Made by a program: the position numbers and the translations under genes. The notes beneath the pieces are model-generated. The model was not told the DNA's origin, ran no database searches, and saw nothing but the letters and a program-made list of their open reading frames with translations. A stretch of DNA of 64,000 bases from Tilletiaria anomala UBC 951. Taxonomy: Eukaryota. Position 1 is the first letter of the stretch, and the number at the start of each line of letters is the position of its first letter. The DNA lies in the NCBI RefSeq assembly GCF_000711695.1, contig NW_013547021.1:124001-188000 (forward strand). The letters run 5' to 3'. Below, piece by piece: positions 54,168-64,000 of this stretch.

Positions 54168-56069
54168 TTATATGCGGCGTGAAGGCTCGTGGAGGATGCA
54201 ATCATCCAAACGCTCGATCCTGGAAGCAAGGTGTCATGTGTCTATTGAAGTCACCGCGTCTCAAAACCCCTGAGGATGATGAAGGGTAAGGTGAAAGTCC
54301 GCACCGCGGTATCGCAATACCGACATACATGGCTTGTCTATTGTCCTTGTGTGGTCGGGTCGGGAAACTGTGGTACATAGCACTGCTACTATTACTACCA
54401 TGTACTGTTGTGAGCAGACGCTATGTCGACCAACGAAGAGATGAAAGGGTCAAATACGCTGTCAGGCGGTCGGCGCTCGTGCGTATCCTCCGCCAGAGAA
54501 AATACTTGTTTGCTGGAGATGATGGCACGCGTGATGATGATGACGACGAGGAGCACGATCGAAAGCCATCTGATTCAAACTTTGCCAGGAACGACCGCAA
54601 CAAAACGTATGCACGTGGATTTCTTTTTTATTTATTTCCAAACGCCCATATTTGGGGGCGTGTGATGGAAACGCACACGTTTCCGAGTCAGATACATACA
54701 CTTAGTACTAGCTTGCTTGTACTTCAGTATCCTTCCCCTCGAGTGTTCGAGCTTACCCATGCGGAGTCGATTGCGTGTACGGGAGAACCCGCGGAGAGCC
54801 GCAGACTTGCGCATCTCGAGAAGTTCGAGTCGAGCCAGCGTTGAGCCTTCGAGCGCGTTGCCTTGTGCGGGTATGTCATCTTCATCGTCATCGGGCTTCC
54901 ACCCGCCTCGACTCTCGACTCTTTCGCATCTCAGCCCCCGGCTTCCGCCGCTCGCATCCTGCGCTCTCTTCAGTGTCCAGGCTCCAACACTTCAGCCTTC
55001 ATCCTGGCGTGGAGAAAGTGGATCTGATCACATTCACAGTGTCCAAGGCAGGTGTTGTGCAAAGTGGCGTTGTGGCGTAGGCCGGGGGCGCGGGCAATCA
55101 TAAAAGAAAGAAAGAAAATTGAAGGTTATGGACTTGCGGCGACTCCGGGCAATCCCTCGGTTCCCGAATCCCGGCATTCATTCGGGTCGGTCACACCGTC
55201 AAAAGGAGGACCGACGGGTGAAGTGAGATGGAGGGCGTATGAGAGATGGATTTACCTGTGCACCGACTTTGTGACTCTTGCGCTCGCTGACGTTGGCTTC
55301 GCGTTAACATTTCCTTTTGGTGGAGAGCTCGCAAATCACAGGACTCACGGTCGCGTTTGTGACGCGCAGGCACCGGCAGCGCAGGTGATGGATCAATGAA
55401 TGAATCATTGCATTGATGGCTGGGAGTGAGTTGATGTTGCGGCCGCAGTCGGGCATCCACAATTTGCAAAGCCGGTGAAAACGCCGAATAACGCATACAC
55501 CGGGGTTCCAACAACCGGCATCTCTAGTTGCCGTTCTGGATGGTGCCGGCGAGCTCCTCCGCGTGGAGCGAACAGGACAGATGCTCCTTGTCGTCCAGTA
55601 TTCGCAGCCGTCAGAATTCAAATCATAGTCAGAGGTCAACGTGTCCAGAAGCCCGAAAGCAGGCCGATTTCTGCATAGTAGGCCTTATACCTGCCTGGGA
55701 AATGGACGAAAGGAAGCAAACAGAGACAAAAAGCACGTGGGGTTAGATCGATGAAGATGGTGCGGGTCATGACGATTGTGTACACTGTTACAGATTGTGT
55801 TAAATGACTGGAACTTGTGATGCTTAGAACACTGGGTGTGGCAAGGTGTGAGATGGGCCAAACACGAGATGAATGCGTGCATATCGCCAAGAGAGGGAGA
55901 GATGTGCGAGAAGGCGAACTTGGCGTGCAATGCTGGTGGATGAATATGACGTTGATGGAAGGTTGCACTGCTCCGAGGGTGCGAGGTCTTTGAGAGCGCC
56001 AGGACAAGGACAATGTGAAAAATAAACAATCGAAAGACTGGGTCGTTTGTGAAAGCTGAGGGATACCCT

Positions 56070-59000
56070 TCAGAGTTCATTCATCTCGCTGTCGATGCGC
56101 AACATTCTTGCTTCACCGCCGCCTCCAATCCCCCCTGACGGTTTGGCGCCAAAGTGGTCACGTGACAGGATACCCAGCGCACTCTGGCTCCGCGGCGGCA
56201 GTCCACCGCGATCGCCCATCGTGGTGCTCACCACCCGCTTGCGATCCTCACTGAAAACCCGTCCGGCGCCACCGGGCTTGTCGCCACTGGGTCGCATGGG
56301 TGAATCCGCAAGGCTAGCAGCCATCGACATGGACACAGGGAAAGCGCCATCACGGCGGTCTGCCGGGTACGCATGCTGTTGCTGTTGCTGCGGCTGCTGA
56401 TGCTGCGGATACGGTTGTTGCGGGTACCCATCGAGGTTGTTCTGGCTGTTCTTTCCACGCAAGAACTGTGAGGCGACATTCGATATGGTCATTGACTTGC
56501 GCGGCTCGCGTGAGGAATCCAAGCTCGATTGATCGGGGGACAGCCTCGTTGTGCCAGAAGACTTCTTGCGTCCGAACCCAAACTTGGGTATCACTCTTTT
56601 CCGCACGCTCTTGTCCTTATCCTTCTCTCCAGTCAGCCCCGATCGGGCTGCCAGAAGCTGCATCGATGACCGCGATGCCGGAACGGCTTCTGAAACAGGG
56701 GCGTCCACGTCTAGCTGTCGCACAAATTTGCCTGGAACAGCGCTTGCCGCAGCCGCTTCGGCAGTCAGATAAGTACCGACAGGGAAGCCAACAGGTGCAA
56801 ACATGCCAGGATTGTCTTCTTCCGAAGCAACACTGGCATTCTCGTCAAAGCCGTCCCCTCTGCGCTGTGGTGAGCGCGGGGGTCGACGCGGTAGCAACGG
56901 GCTGTTGACCAACGTGCTGTCTGTCCAGTTGCGAGATGAGGGCGAGGCAAGGGATGCAGGCACGCTGCCATTGCTGGGTGTGCCGGGGCTTGGACCCCGG
57001 TAGTACGATGAACCAGCCGACTGCCTGAAAGATTCCGAGCCGCTTATGCCATTATTCACCGCATGGTGGGTGCTGCCGCGGACTCCGTCCTGCGGAGGCC
57101 CAGAAGGCACTCGACTGTGTGCCACATTCCCATTTATGGGTTTAAACCCTCCATCCAGAGGGGCCATTGCCGGCGTGCTATTCATGAATGAGCCCCGACT
57201 GGATGAGATGACACTCGATCGATCATCAGGCATGCTGCCAGCATGCGCGCCGTATCCTTGCGGCGCCACCCTAGTCGTTCTACAATTCACCGAAGGTGAA
57301 AGGGGCATGATGGATCAGCTTGGTTAGTGAAGTGTACCTTGTGCCTGGGACAATCGATTATCAGACTCACGCGGAAGTAATTCGGCTCCCGTTGCCACGA
57401 GAGGACTGTCCAGTGCCAGTCTCGCCTATGAAGGAAGGCAGCTGTTGCGAGCTGCTCAACGTTCGCAAAGCGGAAGTGTTGCGAGGCTCCTTGCGCGAAG
57501 GCAATGGCGAGGATATAGCGCCAAACGGACCGGGATCCAAGCTCGCTTGACTCGCCATTCCGTTTCCGTGATTGTATATCTGGTCTGGGCCAGGTGAAGT
57601 GGCGCCGCTGGTGTTCTCACGATCCGTGAAGCTCCTCAAGGATGTCGTTGATCTGCGAGCTCTATTCATCAGACCAGCGAGGCCTGGTGGAGGTGCGAGG
57701 TCCATAGAGTCGTCCGGGCCGAGCGACCCAGCACGAACACGCGGACTTCCAGATGACGTGGAGCGCTTGCTGTTCGAATCATCCTTAACCCCTTCGCGGC
57801 CTGCATTACCGAGCTTGGAGAACAATCCTCGCAGACCCTTCTTCTTCCGCCGCACCGCCGCATCCGATAGCGAAGGATCCGGGTAACCCGCGATGTGTTC
57901 TTCTTCGTCATCGAGTTGGCGTAGGCCAGCTTCCGTGACCTGCTGTTCGGCATCGCCATCTCCAGGAAATCCATAGAAGGCGCGATTGAGCGCACCCGGC
58001 GAATCCATTCGGAGGGGTGTGCCAGGCATAAAGCCATTCTGAGCGATGCGGTGCTCCTGATGATCCTCGAAGCCAAGGTGCATGTCAATCATCGAGCCAG
58101 AGTGAGAGGGCGAGAGCACAGTGCTTGGCTCCCTCACCCGCGCGCCGAGTTTTGAGCCCGGCGGCGCCAAACTGTGAGGGCTATCGGGCACGACTGGAGA
58201 GGAGACGGCCATCGCACCGAGCACCGAGCGCAGATCTTGAGCACTTCCCGCTCTCCGATTCTGCGCGGGTATGCCACTTCTCTTCGGTAGGCTATGGTGA
58301 CCGGCACTCAGGTCCATCGCGGGCGACATGCTGAGGTCGTCTACGGGCGCGCTAGATCGAGGACCTGGCGCAGGAGGGAGACTGGAAGCAGTCATAGCCT
58401 TGGGAGCAACGGCCTCGCCGCTCGGTGCAGATGCGGCCATCTTGCGACGTGCAGCCCGCGCGTTGGCAATGTCTCGCTCCTTCTCAAGCCTGGCTTGTTC
58501 GTCTAACTCGGCATCTTGAATAATGTCTCCCGGGCGCAATGGAGCGCTTGAATTGGGGCGACCCCGTGCGTCAAGCGACGCGCGGATGACGCAGTTGTCG
58601 TATTCGTTCGGCGAGACTGTCTTTGTAACCGGGGCAGGAGGCAGAGGCCCACCTGCTCTGCTCTCCCCTCGCGTTCGTTGCTCCATTGCAATGTATTTGG
58701 CTTGCACAGCTAAGAACGCTTGCAGAGTGCGCCATCGATGCGACGAAGCAGGAATCGACTGGCAAAAATCCTGTAACGTCAGCACGAGCAGCCGAACGAA
58801 GTCCAATCGACCAGAAACTCACCATCTGCGTGTGCAGCTTCAACCTCTCGGCCGTCAAAGGGTCTCCATGCGCAATCCGCTTCACTCGGAATTTGCCACC
58901 CGCTACGAGCCTCTCTACTGCTGGCGGGTGCCACTCCTCGCCCGCAGCGAGACACGCACTCTTCTCCAGCTCCACCTTGACCTCCTCATCCTTCTCCGCG

Positions 59001-61681
59001 TGGATCGCGTCGGCAAAACCCTTGTCACTCTCGCGCTCCCACATCCCTTCGCCGACAACAGTAACGTCAATCATGTCCTCGTCGCGCATCATGCATTCCA
59101 GACAGACATCTGGGTCATTAAGGCTCTTGCGGACGCCATCCGGTCCTATCAGGCCGGACAGGAGCGCATCCGGCCGCTGTTGTAGCTCAAACGGCGGCAC
59201 GAGACTTCGCTGTGGCATCATACCCGGGTACTGTCGCTTGCCCGTTGCCGTCACTTTGGAAATGGAGACCGTTGAGGAGGGGAACGCGGGATAAGGGCCA
59301 TTCTGCTCATGGCCGAACCCTTCCGCTGTCATGTTCAGATGCCCGACGCTATGCCGTTGCTCTTTCGCGTGGAGCTTCTGCAGCTGCTGCGTCGTGACAG
59401 GACCGGAGCCATTCGATGGCGTTTGCCGATGGTTGCCCTTCTTGGACGGAGGCGCAGGCGGGGCGTCATTGGCGCCATTGACGAGCACGTTTGGGGACTG
59501 CATCGAAAAGCGCAGCGTGCCATCGCGCAGTGAATGGCCACCCCTTGCAAGAACCTCCTGCGGCGACAATGTGCCGATGGCAGACTTGGACCCCGACCTG
59601 TCGCGCCCTTTCGATTTCTTCATCCGTGCCCGCTCCCACTCTGCCCTAGCTTCGATCTCGCCGTCCGGTGGGGGGCTCGGCTCGCGCGATGGCGACTCCG
59701 AGTCTTGCGAACGCGCCGGACTGTTCTCCTGCCCGCGCACAACGGCGGGCTCAACAGATGCATAGGCCGCTGCCGAGGCGGAAGTAGAAGCGAACATGTG
59801 CTGCTGCTCGTCCGCATGCGCTACTGCTGCTGCGAGCAGAAGGTTGGTTGAGGAGCCGCGGCGCATAGCCTGGTTCTGCACCAGACCGGTTCTCAGCAGC
59901 GGTTTGCGGGCGGCCGCCGCGTCAGCGGTCGTCATCGGGCTCTCTGCAGGTGAGTCAGAAAACGTGCCAGAGCCGACGTTAGCCAATGGAGTTGCGCGGA
60001 AGTCGGCAACGGGCGAATGTTGGATGATCGGCGTGGAGCTTTCCGCCTTCAGGGGTATCGAGGTTGTGCCCGGTGGGACGGAAGACAAGACTGAATCGTG
60101 CGATAGCCCACGCTGCGCAGGCAGATGAGACACATTCGTCTGCAGCGGAGGCAGGCTCTGCGTTTGATCTGCCGTTCCGCAGCTCCCTGGGTTCGTAAGA
60201 ACCATTGGCAAAGTCATAAGAGGTACCTGCGATAATTGGGGAGAAGCGGACTTTTCGTCCTTGACTGGTGGAACTGGCAGTGCAGCCGGCACTGGTGGTG
60301 TCGCCCAATTCGTCGCCATCAGCGTTGCATTACTATCTGATGTCGGCATCAAGGCTGCTTCTAGCGCGGGCTCAGGCTCAGGCCTTTGGATCTGAGCTGC
60401 TACGAGAGGCAAAGCAGAGGGCGCAGCGCTGTTGATGGATGTGAGGGAAGGAAGCGCCGCAGCAGCAACGCCTTTTGTGATCGAGCCGGCAGGCCCTTTG
60501 CGATTTGTGATAGTTTTCTCCCGATCCAGCGCGCTCCCCTGCGCATCGTCATCAGCGCCGGGGAGCACATTTGGAAACTTGGGCTGCGCTGCAGATGTCG
60601 CGATGGTCCTGGAGCCTGGTGACACGAGCGGCTCCAACGTCGGTAACAAGTCTCCCGGGGTGATAGCTTCTGCAGGGATTTCCAGTTTGAGCGCCTCCAT
60701 GAGCGAGCTCGTGCGCGCCAGCTCTGATTGTCTCATTGATTCCGCGTTGGTCATGACGACTGTCTCCATCGCAGCTTCGTTTACGCCACTCTGCACAGTC
60801 TCGTCCTGCCGGCTCTGGATGGTGTGACCCTCCGGGAGCAAGGGCGCCAGCAGCCCGACATCTTGCGCTTTCTTTCGCAAATCGGGCAGATTCTTGTCCC
60901 GATGCGCCGCACCCGCAGCCCTTGCTGGCGGCTCAGCCGGCAATGGTTTGTCGCGCATCTCGGGAGAGATCCTTCGGGACGAAGACGACATCCAGCCGCC
61001 TGGCAGCTGCAATTCCTCTTCCGAGCTGGTGAGGTTTCCGCTTGAACTGCCGCCCGCATATGTTCGGCCGGAGGCAACGCGAGCCCCTTGTCGCGAGGCA
61101 TTAGGTGTATCCTGGAACAGCGACTCGCGCGTCTCTGCGTGGCTCGCCCGCGATGCGCTTCGCGAGCTGGTGCCGACGTAGTGACCCGAGAGCGCCGTCT
61201 GGAAGGACAAGACTGATGCACGCTTCGCGTTCAGGTTACTCCCTCCGTGGCTGCTTTCGTCATTGAGGTACTCGCTTCCGCTGAGCATGCTCATGGATGT
61301 CTCCGGCCTGTTCATATCCATTCCTGCAGAGGCATAAACATCGGCGGAGGAGCCATAGTAGACGAATGCCTCGCCGCCCTGAGGCCCAGAAGCGGCACGT
61401 TGTGCTGCTTGGACGAGGTTCGACAACGGTGCGGTTCTGTTCGGACCTTGTGCAAGGAAAGGCGAGGTGCGAGTGATACGAGAGGCCTCGGTCACGTTGA
61501 TAATTGTAGCTTGGCCAGGATTGTTGTTGGCAGAAGAGTATCGCTGGTGATATGTTGCTGGGTGGGGTGTGCCATTGCTCGCAACATGATGGGAAGTTGC
61601 TGGGATGCGGCGGCTACTTGCGTCTTGGTTCCCAGAGGACGAGGTGGCAGAAGGTATGCTAGAATGCTGAGCACTTTGCAT
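56070..61681 (-). CDS. Very large Ser/Pro/Ala-rich hypothetical protein (about 1800 aa), 3 exons
   Basis: ORFs 58571-61681, 57367-58806 and 56070-57308 join in frame via GTGAGT...AG introns (about 58765-58821 and 57280-57370). Confidence 0.78.
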
Positions 61682-63553
61682 GGTGACTGTGCCAAGGGAA
61701 AAGAGGGGAAGTCAGGAGAGGCTGCACAAACGCAGCACTGTCGATCCAAAACAATTGCTGTACCTTGACTCGTTGAACACCTCAAGAATCTGAAGACCGA
61801 AAATCTGCCCTAGATCGAGGAATTGCCAAATGTGCCCAACGCGAGCGTGATGCAATGCAAAGCGATGCAGCACCTGCTGCTCGCGATGCCTGTCGCTCAA
61901 GCCTTCGACCCTGTCACAGTATTCGGTCTTTGTATCGTTCCACCGGAGCAAAGACGACGAGAAGAGGACTGACTGGCCGCTCCGCTGGGTGTTTCAGGGT
62001 GACGGGCGAACTGTCGCCGTATCAGGCGCATGCGAAGATGCTCAAGCTGCAGTCTCGAGTCTCGATCGGTCGAAGTGTTGTGTGTGCAAGCAGAAGAGGA
62101 GAATCGCGTGATGAGTCGATGAGGTGTGCGAACGACAGAGCCACCGGACATTCGTTCTGATGCCGCCCGCGTACGATGAGGCGTAGGCCTATAGGCTATG
62201 CACGCTGCGAGAGGCTATAGTGGTTTCGCGTGCACTGCTTTCCCTCTACCTCTGGGGCTGCCGGCTGGATCGGCCTGCGGTGAGGTGTCCAGGATAGCTG
62301 TCGCAGGTCGCGCAATGCAACGTCCGCTCCATGAAAGCCGGGGGAAGCTGTCTGACTGACCTGTATGTAAAGCGAGCCCAGCTGCTAATCCATGACTGAC
62401 AGGCCGGCGGACAGGCAGACTGATGGTGGTGATCATGATGGCGGTGGTTTGCAAGGGAACGAGAGAGTCCACAGTGTGCGGAGACGGGTGCGGGTGGGCG
62501 GCGGTGGATGACAGCACACAGCCGTGCCACTGAGCCCACCCCATGTACACACATAAGCTCTTGTTCTTCGCTGGCGAACCGCCCACCGCGTTTTTGGACA
62601 CAAGGTCCATATCAATCCAAGTCTGGACTCTATCAAACTAGTGATATACTGGCCCCCAGGCTGGCAGTACACTGATAGCCTTCGGCCTATCAGCGATCAG
62701 CATTCATTCATTTATACGAGCGCTGGGCTCCAGCTCTGGCCCTGACAAGGCTTGGACGGTGGCTAGCCTCGTGCAGGCGTGTCGAGAACCCAGATCGTTC
62801 GATGCCACAAACTCATCATCGTTCCAAGGGACCGGACAGACTCTAATATTGTTCGCACCGCAAGCTCACTCCCGCGGACAGAAACTACATTACAGTGCGC
62901 ATCACATTGGATCGCTAGCCGTCACCATGCGGCTATCGAATACAGCGGTCTCTTGAAATCGACGATTTCTCAATGTTCGAGCAATACGAACGCTGGAAGC
63001 CACCAACTGTGTGGGTACTGCGGATGTGATCAATAATTGGATTCTGATAAGCACTCAGGCCCACGACAAGTAGAAGAAAGCCTTGCCCTGTACGGCTTCA
63101 GGCTTTGAGTGATGGCATGGCCCTCTTTAGGACAAATTCCCAATACCTGCTGCCCCTGTCTCTGCGGTTTGCAACATGTAGCTCAGGTGAGGTGTGCCCC
63201 ATTTGGTAAGTTTCGCTCGCAGGCAATGAGGTCATCATTCGCAGTAACACGCAATCCAAGGCCGCACTCGGATACGCCGATGTAAGCTAGGACCTAGAAT
63301 AACAGTGCCAACGACGATCTCGAGTTAACGACGAAGGACCGATTACTGATGTGCACTGATAAGTGATGAGCGCCATCAATAAGACTGAACTTGGAGTTCG
63401 AGCGCCGGAAATGATTGACGAGGTGCTGCACGATGGTTGACGAAGACCACCTGGGTGTAGAAGCAGCTCCGTCGTCGGCGGAAGGGCCATCTCCCGCAGA
63501 CCCCACCGCTGCCGTAGCCTGCAGAGCCGCAGTGTTGGTTCTTCATTAGTAGA

Positions 63554-63928
63554 GTGTCTATATCCCGCGAGGGCGACTTGGCCCGCAAGTGGCGGTTCGT
63601 CCAAGGCAAGGTCTATGCACGGCTGGATTTGAACGTGCTGATATCCTGGGAGAGAGACGATGTGAGATTGACGAGAGACGTATATTACACGCATGAGGCC
63701 GACGACGGCATGAACAACCCTACTTGGGTGGTTGCAATCCCTTTGCAGTTTGTGGTTTCCAGCGGCCTGGCCTCCGTAACCGTTGACTGGTCCCCAGCAT
63801 GGGCACGGCGGGCGTGTGAGGGAGGCGCTGACTGCTTCGACTGGTGGTCTGATGAGGCGGGCTTTACAAGAGTTCCGCCGTCCAGAAGCAAGGCCCTCGA
63901 CAATGAGCTTCGCGATGGTCCTGGCTAA
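63554..63928 (+). other. Possible coding fragment or pseudogene of unknown family
   Basis: Open frame with globular, Trp-rich composition (KWRFVQGKVYARLDLNVLISWE...). No clean start or splice model found. Confidence 0.25.
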
Positions 63929-64000
63929 CATTTCAACACCTCACACAACTCATCTCTTGCTCGCTCACATCCGGGAGTCGGGACCAAGTGCAAGCTGCAA

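Noticed and set aside
57280..57370. Apparent stop splitting the large hypothetical protein into separate genes
   Set aside because: An in-frame GTGAGT...TTGTAG intron with a CTAAC branch site joins the ORFs.

Overview
Gene-dense, intron-containing fungal chromosome segment. Short GT-AG introns with CTRAC/CTAAC branch points, GC-rich exons and the protein sequences suggest a basidiomycete, probably smut-related (inference). About 17 protein-coding genes can be rebuilt by splicing the ORF fragments by hand: alkaline phosphatase, GPN2, a coiled-coil hypothetical, Spp2-type G-patch factor, UDP-galactopyranose mutase, Est1/SMG7-like, Mis12, proteasome Pre1, Mrs2/Lpe10 Mg2+ transporter, Irc6/p34, a Pcl/Clg1-type cyclin, a secreted lysozyme-like protein, a roadblock dynein light chain, Set1, Gcv2, Taf9, a secreted GMC oxidoreductase and a very long low-complexity protein. 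A decayed Ty1/copia cluster occupies about 31.7-37.4 kb. Two items stand out: (1) an intronless secreted protein with soluble-lytic-transglycosylase/GH23-like motifs; (2) a copia element whose 5' half (LTR-PBS-gag-PR) points opposite to its 3' half (IN-RT-RH-PPT-LTR), followed by further copia relics. I found no RNA genes or CRISPR arrays, and no clearly new multi-gene system can be proven from sequence alone. Exon boundaries are hand-derived and approximate.
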